The notes under the pieces: model-generated
The model's database searches: none
Seen by the model: only the letters and a program-made list of their open reading frames with translations
What the model was told of the DNA's origin: nothing
Assembly (NCBI GenBank): GCA_021107435.1
Contig: JAIOSV010000089.1
Span: 111,347 to 175,346, forward strand
DNA: 64,000 nucleotides
Source of the DNA: Candidatus Sabulitectum sp.
Lineage (GTDB): Bacteria; Fermentibacterota; Fermentibacteria; Fermentibacterales; JCC-6
Reading direction: 5' to 3'
Shown: positions 9,925-20,609 of the stretch, piece after piece
Position numbering within the stretch: the stretch's first letter is position 1
Layout: every line of letters starts with the position of its first letter
Program-made: the position numbers and the translations under genes

Positions 9925-12900
9925 CTACCTCTCCCTCTCATCAGTCATGTCAAGTTCGACATCCAGAGCAAGGCTCCTCATCTCACTGAGAAGAACATTA
10001 AACGCTTCAGGCGTTCCTCTGGTTTCGACATTCCTGCCATGAACAATTGCCTTATATGCTTCAGTACGCCCATCCACATCATCACTCTTGATGGTAAGCA
10101 TTTCCTGAAGACAGTGTGACGCACCATACGCCTCAAGAGCCCAGACTTCCATCTCACCAAGCCTCTGTCCACCATTCTGGGCTTTTCCACCCAGCGGTTG
10201 CTGTGTAACCATGGCGTATGGACCTGTGGACCTTGCATGTATCTTGTCCTCAACCTGATGAGCAAGTTTCAGCATGTACATTCTGCCTACAGTCACCCTT
10301 TGGTCGAATGGCTCACCGGTTCTGCCGTTGTAAAGAACGGTTTTGCCGTCGCGGCTGTGCCCGGCTTCCTCCAGAAGATCACTTATTGTTTCATTGTTAA
10401 TGCTGTCAAATACCGGAGTTATGGCATTAATGCCAAGATCAGCGGCAGCCATACCCAGGTTGGTTTCCATAATCTGCCCGACATTCATTCTACTGGGCAC
10501 GCCCAGAGGATTAAGGCAGATATCAACTGGTGTGCCATCAGGAAGATACGGCATATCCTCTTCCGGAACGATGATGCTAACAACACCCTTGTTGCCGTGT
10601 CGTCCAGCCATCTTGTCACCGATACGAAGTGTGCGCCGTTTGGCAATGTAAACTTTTACCAGACGAGTAACGCCGGGCTTAAGCTCATCTCCGCGATGGA
10701 GTTTGTCCTCTATACCCTGGTAATTTTCATTCAGCTCCTTGAGCTTGTTCTCTGCGCTGCGAAGGATTCTTCTGGCTCTGTCATCAACCACAAGATCCTC
10801 AACAAGCTGACGATTGAAATCCAGATCAGTGAAATCAACTTTCTTAAGGAAAGTAACAGTAATTTTTCTTCCCTCGGGAATCAACTGCTCACCGGTGACA
10901 CCATCAATGAATGTTGCTGCTTTCTGTCCGGTGAGAACCTCCCGAAGCATTGAATCCCGGTCTTCAAATAGTCGTCTTTCGCTCTCAATACGCTCTTCGC
11001 GAAGTGTGTCAACACGGGATTCTATTTCCCGTCTTCCACGCTCGGTGTCATCTCTGCGGGAGTACACTTTCACATCAACAACAATTCCGGACATACCAAC
11101 TGGAGCCTTCAGCGAAGTGTCTTTCACATCACTGGCTCTTTTGCCGAAAATAGCACGGATAAGACGCTCTTCCGGAGAGAGATCCTGCTCCCCCTTGGGA
11201 CTCACCTTTCCTACAAGAATATCCCCGGCTCTGATCCTGGAGCCAATGCGTACAATACCGCTCTCGTCAAGATTGCGCATTGCGTCACGCTTCTCCGTTG
11301 CGTTGGGAAGATCGTAGGTAAGCTCTTCGGGGCCAAGCTTGGTCTCGCGAAACTGAGTTTCAAATTCAACGATGTGAACAGAGGTGAAGGTGTCATCCTT
11401 AACAACCCTCTCACTAACAACTATAGCATCTTCAAAGTTGTAGCCGTTCCAGGGCATAAACGCTACCAGAGCGTTTACACCAATGGCAAGTCTGCCGTTC
11501 TTTGTTGCCATTCCATCCGCGAGAATATCACCTTTCTTTACCAGATCCCCGATAGATGCGAGAGGCTTCTGATTTACACAGGTATCCTGATTTGAACGTT
11601 CGAACTTTCTGAGGCTATATACATCTTCTCTGTCAAAATCATATTCATCGCCATCAGCTTTAACAACAATCCTGCCAGCGTCAATATGAGTTATGATGCC
11701 TGCTCTGTCAGCTGTGACAAGAGCACCGCTGTCTCTCGCGGCAACCTCTTCCATGCCTGTGCCCACCACCGGGTCTTCAGTGAAAAGCAAAGGCACAGCC
11801 TGGCGCTGCATATTGGAGCCCATTAATGCTCTGTTTGCGTCATCGTGCTCGAGGAAAGGAATCAGAGCAGCTGAAAGTCCTACAAGCTGCATGGGACTCA
11901 CATCAATGTATTCTACTTCCTCAGGGGTAACCATGGGAAAACTTCCGGCCTTTCTTGCCCTTACAAGAGGGCCTGCAAGCCTGTTTTCCTCATCCACCCG
12001 GGAATCCGCTTCCGCTACAGTTGTTCTGTCCTCTTTGTCAGCGGAAAGGAAAGAAACTTCGTTGGTAATCTTTCCGTTAATTACACGCCTGTAAGGAGTT
12101 TCAAGGAAACCAAATCTGTTTATTGAAGCATACACAGAGAGGGTTGTGATAAGGCCGATGTTGGGTCCCTCGGGGGTTTCTACCGGGCAGACACGACCGT
12201 AATGCGTGTGATGCACATCCCTGACATCAAAGCCTGCTCTTTCTCTGGTAAGACCACCCTCTCCAAGCGCACTTGTTCTGCGCTTGTGGGTAAGCTCCGC
12301 CAGTGGATTCGTCTGCTCCATAAACTGGGACAACTGACTCTGTCCGAAGAAGGAGTTTATCACGCTGGAAAGGGTTCTTGAGTTAACAAGATCCTGAGGT
12401 CTCAGCTTCTCCCTGTCCTGCTGTCCCATCCTGTCTTTTATTGTTCTGGCCATCCTGGCAAGTCCCTTTGAAAATTCCTGACCCAGAAGCTCGCCAACGG
12501 TTTTAACTCTTCTGTTACCCAGATGATCGATGTCATCAGAGACATTCGTTCCCTCTCTGAGGCAAATGAGATTATCAACTATTGAGACAAGATCAGGGAC
12601 GGTAAGAGTCAGCTTGTCCATGGATGTGTTTATGTTCAGTCTCTCGTTGAGTTTGTAACGACCCACTTCGCTGAGACTGTATCGTTTGCTGTCAAAGAAC
12701 ATGGATCTGAGGTAACTCCTCGCGTGATCCAGCGAGGGAGCGTCGGTTCCACGAAGAGCCTCGTATATCCACATAGTTGCAGAGGCTTCACTCTTCTCAA
12801 CTCCTGCGCCCAGCGCAGCCTCTTCCTTTGCCAGTGTTCGGCGTATACTGTCGATGCTGTTGCGATCATTACGTGGCTCAAGGAATTTTATCTTTACTAT

Positions 12901-13737
12901 TCCCGCCGCGAGCAGTTTATCGAGTTTCTCCACGCTCTCAACAGGCTCATCGCAACGAACCAGAAGCTCTCCTGTTTCGGGATCAACAATATCTTCAGCA
13001 AAGGATTTATGAACAACCTCTGAAACCTTTGACTGCCTTTTGAGTAATGAGGCGAGATCTCTTTCCTGCACCGGATAAAACGAACTTAGTATCTCTGCTT
13101 CCGAGCCCAATCCCAAAGCTCTCAAAAGCATTGTAATTGGAATACGTTTAGGCTTTTTATCGATATTTGCAAATATTATATCGTTAGAGTCCAGGGTCAG
13201 ATCAAGCCAGGAACCCTTCTGCGGAATCACCCTCGCAGTACAGATTCTCCGTCCCCGCTGCTGCGTCTTTTCTTCGAAAAACACACCGGGACTTCTGTGA
13301 AGCTGACTCACTATGACACGCTCGGCTCCATTAATAATAAATGAACCGTTTTCTGTCATCTGGGGAAGCTCGCCAAGAAATGTACCCTGATCTACAGCCA
13401 TTTTCATAACAAGCGTTTCCGGGTCTCTTGTTACCAGTCGCATTGTAGCATTCAGAGGTGCGGAATATGTTACGCCCCGCTCTACAGCTTCGCGTATTGA
13501 GTGCCTCGGACGACCAATATCGTAACCAACATACTCCAGAGAGAATTCTTTTGTAGAACTCTCAATGGGAAAAATGTCTATCAATATCTTATGTAGCCCC
13601 TGGGGGAGCCTTTCCTCGGGCTTAACATCAGCCTGAAGAAAATTATCGAACGATTCCTTCTGTACTCTCAGCAAGTCAGGAACTCTAATCGCGGGTTTAA
13701 CACGAGAATAATTCCTCACAGGTCTCGTTTTTTTCAC
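9925..13737 (-). CDS. rpoB: DNA-directed RNA polymerase subunit beta (GTG start)
   Basis: SQLSQFMEQTNPLAELTHKRR, GDKMAGRHGNKG, GGQRLGEMEVWALEAYG. Confidence 0.98.
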   Translation of the reverse strand: MKKTRPVRNYSRVKPAIRVPDLLRVQKESFDNFLQADVKPEERLPQGLHKILIDIFPIESSTKEFSLEYVGYDIGRPRHSIREAVERGVTYSAPLNATMRLVTRDPETLVMKMAVDQGTFLGELPQMTENGSFIINGAERVIVSQLHRSPGVFFEEKTQQRGRRICTARVIPQKGSWLDLTLDSNDIIFANIDKKPKRIPITMLLRALGLGSEAEILSSFYPVQERDLASLLKRQSKVSEVVHKSFAEDIVDPETGELLVRCDEPVESVEKLDKLLAAGIVKIKFLEPRNDRNSIDSIRRTLAKEEAALGAGVEKSEASATMWIYEALRGTDAPSLDHARSYLRSMFFDSKRYSLSEVGRYKLNERLNINTSMDKLTLTVPDLVSIVDNLICLREGTNVSDDIDHLGNRRVKTVGELLGQEFSKGLARMARTIKDRMGQQDREKLRPQDLVNSRTLSSVINSFFGQSQLSQFMEQTNPLAELTHKRRTSALGEGGLTRERAGFDVRDVHHTHYGRVCPVETPEGPNIGLITTLSVYASINRFGFLETPYRRVINGKITNEVSFLSADKEDRTTVAEADSRVDEENRLAGPLVRARKAGSFPMVTPEEVEYIDVSPMQLVGLSAALIPFLEHDDANRALMGSNMQRQAVPLLFTEDPVVGTGMEEVAARDSGALVTADRAGIITHIDAGRIVVKADGDEYDFDREDVYSLRKFERSNQDTCVNQKPLASIGDLVKKGDILADGMATKNGRLAIGVNALVAFMPWNGYNFEDAIVVSERVVKDDTFTSVHIVEFETQFRETKLGPEELTYDLPNATEKRDAMRNLDESGIVRIGSRIRAGDILVGKVSPKGEQDLSPEERLIRAIFGKRASDVKDTSLKAPVGMSGIVVDVKVYSRRDDTERGRREIESRVDTLREERIESERRLFEDRDSMLREVLTGQKAATFIDGVTGEQLIPEGRKITVTFLKKVDFTDLDFNRQLVEDLVVDDRARRILRSAENKLKELNENYQGIEDKLHRGDELKPGVTRLVKVYIAKRRTLRIGDKMAGRHGNKGVVSIIVPEEDMPYLPDGTPVDICLNPLGVPSRMNVGQIMETNLGMAAADLGINAITPVFDSINNETISDLLEEAGHSRDGKTVLYNGRTGEPFDQRVTVGRMYMLKLAHQVEDKIHARSTGPYAMVTQQPLGGKAQNGGQRLGEMEVWALEAYGASHCLQEMLTIKSDDVDGRTEAYKAIVHGRNVETRGTPEAFNVLLSEMRSLALDVELDMTDERER

Positions 13738-13903
13738 TGCAACTCCTCTACACTGCTCCTGTACCGAAATAAGCTAATTAGCGGTATGTCACGAATCTCT
13801 CACCAGTACCTTTTTAAGAACCCGGCAAGAACTCCGGGAATAAGGGGCTGAAGGCGAGAGAAGTAGTACTCTCCTCCCGCCATCAGTATAGGTAATCCGG
13901 TAT

Positions 13904-14281
13904 CTATTTGAGAACAGCGCTTCCACCGGCCTCTTCAAGCTGCTTCTTTACCTCTTCTGCCTCTGGCTTCTCAACACCTTCTTTAACCTTGGACGGTACA
14001 TTGTCTACAAGATCCTTGGCTTCTTTGAGACCCAGACCTGTAAGTTCACGAACAACCTTGATTACGGCGATCTTCTTAGCGCCAAAGCTTTCAAGAACAA
14101 CATCAAACTCACTCTGCTCTTCGGCTGCTTCTCCTGCAGGACCGGCGGCGGCAACTGCTGCGGCTGGTGCTGCTGCTGAAACACCGAACTTGTCTTCCAT
14201 TTCTTTTACAAGCTCAGCAAGCTCAAGGACGGTCATGTTTGAAATAGCCTCGATGACCGTGGCCTTTCTGTCTTCACTCAT
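13904..14281 (-). CDS. rplL: 50S ribosomal protein L7/L12
   Basis: [11 protein letters not shown], Ala-rich hinge, [20 protein letters not shown]. Confidence 0.98.
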   Translation of the reverse strand: MSEDRKATVIEAISNMTVLELAELVKEMEDKFGVSAAAPAAAVAAAGPAGEAAEEQSEFDVVLESFGAKKIAVIKVVRELTGLGLKEAKDLVDNVPSKVKEGVEKPEAEEVKKQLEEAGGSAVLK

Positions 14282-14335
14282 CGTATTTCCTCCGTACTTC
14301 GCGGAATTCCTGTGAACTCCGTGTTATGGTTCAAG

Positions 14336-14866
14336 TTATTCTTTGCTCTCGCTGATGGCGTTAACAGCGTAAAGGAACTTTCTGATAACACCACTGGTAA
14401 CCATTACGAAACCCTGCAGAGGTGAGTTCATTGAACCAATCACCCGAGCAAGAAGCTCTTCCTTACCTGGCATGTCAGCCAGACTGATAACCTCGTCCGC
14501 ACTGAAGGTTCTTCCGGAAACGAACCCGCCCTTCATTACAAGCAATCCCTTGTGGGCTTTTGAGAAAGCCTTGATAATCCTTGCAGGTGCTACTTCATCT
14601 TCACTGTAGGCTATGGCAGTCGGCCCGTTAAGAAGACCAAAAATGTCCTCCTCCGGCTTTATACCTATCTCCTCAAAAGCACGCTTGAGAAGAGTGTTCT
14701 TGACTACAGTGAAAATCACACCGGCTTCACGCATCTGAAGACGAAGTTCAGTCATATCCTCGACATTGATGCCGGTAAAATCAGCCAGTACAACTGAGCC
14801 TGACTCTCCGATACCACCGTGAAGATCAGAGACTACGACTTCTTTCTGGTTTCTGGTAATACTCAT
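14336..14866 (-). CDS. rplJ: 50S ribosomal protein L10
   Basis: VVKNTLLKRA, GPTAIA; position between rplA and rplL. Confidence 0.97.
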   Translation of the reverse strand: MSITRNQKEVVVSDLHGGIGESGSVVLADFTGINVEDMTELRLQMREAGVIFTVVKNTLLKRAFEEIGIKPEEDIFGLLNGPTAIAYSEDEVAPARIIKAFSKAHKGLLVMKGGFVSGRTFSADEVISLADMPGKEELLARVIGSMNSPLQGFVMVTSGVIRKFLYAVNAISESKE

Positions 14867-14881
14867 TGTCGCAACTCCTTT

Positions 14882-15583
14882 CTACCTGAGCAGCGTGCGG
14901 ATATCATTGATGTCCACACGAATGCCGGGGCCCATAGTCGAGGAAACAGACATATTCTTGAGATAACGGCCCTTTACTGAGGCCGGTTTCAGCTGAATTA
15001 CTTTCTCCATGAACGTAAGAATGTTTTCTCTGAGAGCATTCTCTTCAAAACTTGCTTTGCCTACGGGAACATGCACATTGCCGGTTTTATCAACCCTGAA
15101 GCTGATTTTTCCGGCCTTTGCATCCTTCACTGCTGCTCCTACTTCCATGGTAACTGTACCCGTTTTCGGGTTAGGCATCAGCCCTCTGGGGCCAAGAACC
15201 CTGCCGAGTTTCCCTACAACACCCATCATGTCAGGTGAAGCGATAACAACATCAAATTCGAGCCATCCATCAGTAATCTTCCGGGCTGTTTCCTCGTCTC
15301 CGATGAAGTCAGCTCCCGCCGCCTTTGCTTCCTCTGCCTTGTCGCCTCTGGCGAAAGCAAGTACGCGGACAACCTTACCGGTTCCGTGAGGGAGCATACA
15401 GGTACCGCGAACAACCTGATCGCTGTACTTGGGATTCACTCCCAGATTACAGGCGACTTCTACTGTTTCGTCAAACCTGGCAGTAGCAAGTTCCTTGATT
15501 GTCGCAACAGTTTCTTCGAGAGTGTAGCTTTTCTCTCTGTCAACGGCTTCCAGGACTTTCGCAAATCTTTTGCTCTTAGCCAT
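14882..15583 (-). CDS. rplA: 50S ribosomal protein L1
   Basis: [34 protein letters not shown]. Confidence 0.98.
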   Translation of the reverse strand: MAKSKRFAKVLEAVDREKSYTLEETVATIKELATARFDETVEVACNLGVNPKYSDQVVRGTCMLPHGTGKVVRVLAFARGDKAEEAKAAGADFIGDEETARKITDGWLEFDVVIASPDMMGVVGKLGRVLGPRGLMPNPKTGTVTMEVGAAVKDAKAGKISFRVDKTGNVHVPVGKASFEENALRENILTFMEKVIQLKPASVKGRYLKNMSVSSTMGPGIRVDINDIRTLLR

Positions 15584-16004
15584 CCACCACCTCCAGGCCC
15601 ATGCTGCGTGCTGTGCCGGCTATCATTCTGATAGCTGCATCCTCTGACGCTGCATTCAGGTCATTGACTTTCAGCCTGGCAATCTCCCGGCACTGTTCAA
15701 CAGTAACAGTTCCAACCTTTTCACGGTTGGATTCGGCAGATCCCTTAGCTAACCCGGCTGCCCGTTTCAGCAATACTGAAGCAGGAGGGGACTTGAGTAT
15801 GAAGGTAAAGCTTCTGTCTTTGAAGACAGTCACTACCGCAGGAACAATAAGTCCTTCTTTGCCCTGGGTTCGGGCGTTGAAGTCTTTACAGAACCCGGCC
15901 AGATTTATTCCGTACTGGCCGAGGGCCGGGCCAACCGGTGGTGCCGGTGTAGCCTTGCCTGCAGGGAGCTGAAGCTTTACCACGCCCAAGATTTTCTTGG
16001 CCAT
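15576..16004 (-). CDS. rplK: 50S ribosomal protein L11
   Basis: [22 protein letters not shown]. Confidence 0.98.
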   Translation of the reverse strand: MAKKILGVVKLQLPAGKATPAPPVGPALGQYGINLAGFCKDFNARTQGKEGLIVPAVVTVFKDRSFTFILKSPPASVLLKRAAGLAKGSAESNREKVGTVTVEQCREIARLKVNDLNAASEDAAIRMIAGTARSMGLEVVDG

Positions 16005-16099
16005 GGTTACTCCTTTCTGCTGCTTACTCCTCCCCTTACTGGAGTGAGCAGTAGTCTACCGGATTTTTGTGATAAATATCTAAAGGTTCCGGTGTACCT

Positions 16100-16705
16100 T
16101 CAGACAATCCTGACTTGTTTATAATCTATTTCTACCGGCGCTTTACGCCCGAATATCGTAAATATTATCCTGACCTTGCCTCGCTCAGCGTTAATAGCCT
16201 CCACAACACCTGTGAAGTTTCTGAACGGACCATCGGTTACCCTCACAGTCTGTCCGACTTTAAACTGTATCCTGATGATTTTTTTGTCCGATACTCCTGT
16301 GGTCTGTCCCTGAATTTTTTTCATATCCGAATCGGTAAGAGGCACAGGTTTTCCTCTGTTCATAGGAGGAAATCCGCTGACATTGTTCATTGCACGAATA
16401 TCCATAATAATCTCATCCGATATTTCCAGTTCAACAAACACATAACCGGGATAGAGCTTTTTCTCCCTGGTGTACTCTTTGCCGTTCTTCCGGTGAGTAA
16501 TCTCCTCTGTGGGTATCAGAGTCTTTCCAATACGACCGGGATATCTGCGAAACAACTGACCCTCAAGGAATTTCGCAACCCTCTGTTCGTAACCGGAAAA
16601 TGAGTGAACTACATACCACTTGAAATTATTATTCTCTTCTTCAGACTCGGCCACAACCTCGTCCGCTCCGTTATCCGTATTCGCCAACGGTTCTTCCACA
16701 GTCAT
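16100..16705 (-). CDS. nusG: Transcription termination/antitermination factor NusG
   Basis: KWYVVHSFSGYE, YPGYVFV, KOW motif VRVTDGPF, IFGR. Confidence 0.96.
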   Translation of the reverse strand: MTVEEPLANTDNGADEVVAESEEENNNFKWYVVHSFSGYEQRVAKFLEGQLFRRYPGRIGKTLIPTEEITHRKNGKEYTREKKLYPGYVFVELEISDEIIMDIRAMNNVSGFPPMNRGKPVPLTDSDMKKIQGQTTGVSDKKIIRIQFKVGQTVRVTDGPFRNFTGVVEAINAERGKVRIIFTIFGRKAPVEIDYKQVRIV

Positions 16706-16731
16706 TGTGCGCCTTTCTCTGAGGATTCTTC

Positions 16732-16968
16732 CTAACCCAGGAGCCGGAGAAGACCGGCCATGACCGTCCCTGTAATCTTATCAACTATGAATATCCAGGT
16801 TGCCACAACCACAACTGCACCGATTACAACCCATGTGGAAGAAATCGCTTCATCGCGGCTGGGCCAAGCCACCTTGGTCATTTCGGCTTTTACCTCTCCG
16901 AAAAACACTGTGACTATCTGCAGCCATCTAACCAGCAGATTCCCACTTCTTGCAGCCTTTGCGGCCAT
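16732..16968 (-). CDS. secE: Preprotein translocase subunit SecE
   Basis: EVKAEMTKVAWPSR plus one TM helix; start set at ATG 16968 because the longer ORF overlaps tRNA-Trp. Confidence 0.93.
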   Translation of the reverse strand: MAAKAARSGNLLVRWLQIVTVFFGEVKAEMTKVAWPSRDEAISSTWVVIGAVVVVATWIFIVDKITGTVMAGLLRLLG

Positions 16969-17018
16969 CTCCCCGTCCTTTCGGCGTTTTCTGTCAATGC
17001 TCTGTAATAAAGAGCGGC

Positions 17019-17094
17019 TGGCAGGGCAGGAAGGACTTGAACCCTCAACCCCCGGATTTGGAGTCCGGTGCACTGCCAATTGTGCTACTGCCCT
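17019..17094 (-). tRNA. tRNA-Trp (CCA)
   Basis: 76-nt cloverleaf, anticodon arm CCGGA-CT-CCA-AA-TCCGG, encoded 3' CCA. Confidence 0.95.
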
Positions 17095-17125
17095 GCGACC
17101 TCTCTTCTTAACCGGTCAATACTGC

Positions 17126-17275
17126 TTATTTACCTTCTCTGTGCAGAGTATGCTTTCTGCAGAAGCGGCAGTACTTCTTGAGCTCCATCCTCTCGGGATG
17201 GGTTCTTTTGTTCTTGGTAGTGGTGTAATTTCTACGCTTGCACTCTGTGCATGCCAGTGTCGCTATAATTCTCAC
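17126..17275 (-). CDS. rpmG: 50S ribosomal protein L33 (Zn-binding type; too short for the ORF track)
   Basis: Manual translation from [52 protein letters not shown]. Confidence 0.96.
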   Translation of the reverse strand: MRIIATLACTECKRRNYTTTKNKRTHPERMELKKYCRFCRKHTLHREGK

Positions 17276-17282
17276 CGCTAAC

Positions 17283-18479
17283 CTACTTTAATACCTTTGT
17301 AACAACTCCTGCGCCTACCGTGCGTCCGCCTTCGCGAATAGCGAAACGGAGGCCCTCTTCCATGGCGATGGGAGTAATAAGTTTAACTGTCATCTTCACA
17401 TTGTCACCGGGCATGATCATTTCCATACCCTCAGGAAGGCCGATAGCTCCTGTAACATCAGTTGTACGGAAGTAGAACTGAGGCCTGTAACCGTTAAAGA
17501 ATGGCTTGTGACGGCCACCCTCCTTCTGGCTGAGGATGTAAACCTCTCCCTCGAAATCGGTATGAGGCGTGATTGAACCCGGTTTGGCGATAACCTGACC
17601 GCGCTCGATCTCATCTTTGCCAACACCCCTGAGGAGAAGGCCTACATTGTCGCCGGCCATGCCCTCATCGAGGATTTTACGGAACATCTCAACACCTGTG
17701 CAGACTGTAGGGCGTGTTTCACGGATACCAACAAGCTCGATCTTGTCCTGTGTGTGAACTATACCGCGCTCAATACGACCGGTGGCAACAGTACCACGGC
17801 CCGGAATCGAGAAAACATCTTCAACAGGCATGAGGAAAGGCTTGTCTGTGTCACGCTCAGGAGTGGGAATCCAGGTATCAACAGCTTCCATGAGCTCATA
17901 AATGCATTTGGCATCAGGATCATCGGGCATGCCTGTGCAGTTAAGAGCCTTGAGAGCTGAACCGCGAATAATCGGGCTCTCTTCTTCAAATTTGTATTTG
18001 TCAAGAAGTTCCTGAACTTCCATCTCTACAAGCTCGATTAGCTCGTCATCATCAACCATGTCTACCTTGTTGAGGAATACAACCATTCTGGGAACATTCA
18101 CCTGACGGGCAAGAAGAACGTGCTCCTTGGTCTGGGCCATAACACCGTCATTTGCACCGATAACAAGAATCGCGCCATCCATCTGCGCAGCACCTGTAAT
18201 CATGTTCTTGATGTAATCAGCGTGACCCGGACAGTCAACGTGAGCATAGTGTCTGTTTTCTGTCTGGTACTCCTGATGGGAAGTGGCGATTGTTATACCG
18301 CGAGCCTTTTCCTCCGGAGCGTTATCAATCTGATCAAATGCCACATAATCCACGTTGTCATGCTGTGTGGCAAGGCACTTGGTGATCGCAGCGGTAAGAG
18401 TTGTCTTACCGTGATCAATGTGACCAATAGTACCCACATTCACATGGGGTTTATTCCTCTCAAATTTTTCTTTGGCCAT
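17283..18479 (-). CDS. tuf: Elongation factor Tu
   Basis: [33 protein letters not shown]. Confidence 0.99.
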   Translation of the reverse strand: MAKEKFERNKPHVNVGTIGHIDHGKTTLTAAITKCLATQHDNVDYVAFDQIDNAPEEKARGITIATSHQEYQTENRHYAHVDCPGHADYIKNMITGAAQMDGAILVIGANDGVMAQTKEHVLLARQVNVPRMVVFLNKVDMVDDDELIELVEMEVQELLDKYKFEEESPIIRGSALKALNCTGMPDDPDAKCIYELMEAVDTWIPTPERDTDKPFLMPVEDVFSIPGRGTVATGRIERGIVHTQDKIELVGIRETRPTVCTGVEMFRKILDEGMAGDNVGLLLRGVGKDEIERGQVIAKPGSITPHTDFEGEVYILSQKEGGRHKPFFNGYRPQFYFRTTDVTGAIGLPEGMEMIMPGDNVKMTVKLITPIAMEEGLRFAIREGGRTVGAGVVTKVLK

Positions 18480-18561
18480 GAGCTACTCCTACTCTCGGCA
18501 AGGGTTTTCGTAATCTGCCTATCTCTTCAACTCTTCTTTCGCCGCACACACAAAGGCCTCG

Positions 18562-18637
<76 letters not shown>

Positions 18638-18668
18638 ACCCAAAACCTGAAGCCGCCTCCTGCGGTTC

Positions 18669-18744
18669 TGGAGCGGGAGACGAGCCTCGAACTCGCGACC
18701 CTCAGCTTGGAAGGCTGATGCTCTGCCAACTGAGCTACTCCCGC
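18669..18744 (-). tRNA. tRNA-Gly (TCC)
   Basis: GCGGGAGTAGCTCAG...TCAGC-CT-TCC-AA-GCTGA...CCA. Confidence 0.95.
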
Positions 18745-18753
18745 TCGGAACCA

Positions 18754-18839
18754 TGGTGGCGAGGGGTGGATTTGAACCACCGAAGGCATCCGCCAACAGA
18801 TTTACAGTCTGCCCCCTTTGACCACTCGGGAACCTCGCC
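18754..18839 (-). tRNA. tRNA-Tyr (GTA)
   Basis: 86 nt with long variable arm; GCAGA-CT-GTA-AA-TCTGT; encoded CCA. Confidence 0.95.
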
Positions 18840-18881
18840 ACTGTCCTTTATGTAGTAACGCTTTATGCGTTTTTTTCTTCC

Positions 18882-18957
18882 TGGAGCTGGCGATGGGACT
18901 TGAACCCGCAACCTGCTGATTACAAATCAGCTGCTCTACCAATTGAGCTACGCCAGC
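18882..18957 (-). tRNA. tRNA-Thr (TGT)
   Basis: GCTGGCGTAGCTCAA...GCTGA-TT-TGT-AA-TCAGC...CCA. Confidence 0.95.
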
Positions 18958-18968
18958 GCAGGACAGCG

Positions 18969-18997
18969 ATAATACTACGGTATGAAATGACCGTCAA
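18969..18997 (-). promoter_or_regulatory. Sigma70 promoter of the tRNA-tuf operon
   Basis: Minus strand TTGACG-17bp-TATTAT, 11 nt upstream of the first tRNA. Confidence 0.75.
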
Positions 18998-19102
18998 GTC
19001 TGAAATACAGTAAAAGCACGTACCTGTTGACACGCGGATTTTTTATTCATAATTCATAACTCGGTGTCCAAACTTTCTTTTTGATTGGAGGCTGCCAGAA
19101 AT

Positions 19103-19945
19103 ATGAACAAATATGGAATTCCAGCGGCGATTCTGCTCGCCTGCACTGTGCTTTTTTCAGCCTGCGGTGGAGAGAATCCGATTCCGGAATTACGTCTTGT
19201 GCCTGGCACGGCACTCCTCCATGTGCATGTTGAACCCGGTTTAAACTCCAGCTTAACATCTTTTGCCGGGGACAATGTCAGCGGTTTTGTTCTTGCTGAC
19301 TCTCTGCTTAAGAAGGGATCTCTGGGTCTTTCCCTTATTGGTGTTGATATTTCAACACTGGAGCCCCAACTTCTCATACTTACCCGGAACGCAACAACAG
19401 AATATGCCACTGCTCTTGCTGCCAGAGTTCTGAATCTTGATCCCAGACAGGAAGCAAACAGGGTTGATCTTATGTCAGAACACGGGTACGCCAGAGCTTC
19501 AGTTGCTGGAAGAGACGGATGGACAGCTGTTTACATAGGGCCAGCACCGCACATCACACTTGGCAGCTGGCTGGATCTAAAGAGAGATAATTCCCTTGCG
19601 GCGGATACCTCCCTGGCAAAGGTGATACCAGAGAACAGACACATAACAGTCCTTTTCCCGGGAAATCTGTTCGGATTTGTATCGCTGTTGCCACTGGAAA
19701 GACAAATCCCATGGTGGACAAACTACAAGGATGCAGCCGAAACGGTAAAACCCGCGGCTCTATCCCTCTCTTTCTCCTGGCCGGAGCCGCATGCGGAAGA
19801 ACCTGTTCAGGCAGGAATTATTCTTGCCCGACGGGATGGAGGAGTCAGTTCTGTAGAGATTTCGGTATCCGATACCCGCATTGACACTGACAGCTGCTTC
19901 ACTCTTCTGCTGAATCTGGCAGAAAGGAGTGTCTTTAATGAGTAA
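19103..19945 (+). CDS. Hypothetical lipoprotein (first gene of the ABC exporter operon)
   Basis: Lipobox LFSAC; GGAGG RBS; overlaps the start of the ATPase gene. Confidence 0.7.
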   Translation: MNKYGIPAAILLACTVLFSACGGENPIPELRLVPGTALLHVHVEPGLNSSLTSFAGDNVSGFVLADSLLKKGSLGLSLIGVDISTLEPQLLILTRNATTEYATALAARVLNLDPRQEANRVDLMSEHGYARASVAGRDGWTAVYIGPAPHITLGSWLDLKRDNSLAADTSLAKVIPENRHITVLFPGNLFGFVSLLPLERQIPWWTNYKDAAETVKPAALSLSFSWPEPHAEEPVQAGIILARRDGGVSSVEISVSDTRIDTDSCFTLLLNLAERSVFNE

Positions 19946-20609
19946 ACCTTTAATCAGCGCCCACTCTATTGTAAGATTCTTCGACAGCCTCAAGGTTCTT
20001 AACGGCAGCGAGTTCAACCTGACAGAAGGAGAATTTGTAGCCATAACCGGCAAAAGCGGAGTTGGAAAGTCCACTCTGCTGGGCGTTCTTGGCACCCTTG
20101 ATTCTTCCTTCAGCGGAGAACTGTTTATCAACGGAGTTAATACAGCTGAAGCCTCCTCCTCGCAGCTGGCAGAACTGCGCAGGGAATTTATGGGGTTCAT
20201 TTTTCAGGATTTTCACCTGCTTCCCAATCTCAGTGCTCTGGACAATGTTCTTCTCCCGGCGGTTTTCTGCGGAACAGACACCGGCAGTATCAGAGATGAC
20301 GCAAGGGCTATTCTTTCCAGACTGGATCTTCGAAATGATAACACACCAACACGATTTCTCTCAAGGGGTGAAAGACAGAGAGTTGCCTCTGCCAGAGCAC
20401 TGGTTAACAATCCGCGGGTTCTCATGGCTGATGAACCCACAGCAAGTCTGGACGAAGAGAGTGAGGCAAATCTCTTCGATCTGCTTGATTCGCTGCGCAA
20501 GGAAAAGGGATTTGCGATGATTGCCGTCCTGCACTCGAAAAAAATACTCTCCAGGGCAGACAGAATTCTTGAGCTCAAGGAGGGAGTTCTTTATGAAAAA
20601 CATGCGTAA
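19938..20609 (+). CDS. ABC transporter ATP-binding protein (LolD/MacB-like)
   Basis: GKSGVGKST, MGFIFQDFHL, signature variant LSRGERQRV, ADEPTASLD. Confidence 0.9.
   Translation: MSKPLISAHSIVRFFDSLKVLNGSEFNLTEGEFVAITGKSGVGKSTLLGVLGTLDSSFSGELFINGVNTAEASSSQLAELRREFMGFIFQDFHLLPNLSALDNVLLPAVFCGTDTGSIRDDARAILSRLDLRNDNTPTRFLSRGERQRVASARALVNNPRVLMADEPTASLDEESEANLFDLLDSLRKEKGFAMIAVLHSKKILSRADRILELKEGVLYEKHA

Noticed and set aside
16969..17079. Long N-terminal extension of SecE in the ORF track
   Set aside because: It overlaps tRNA-Trp; ATG 16968 gives a normal-length SecE.
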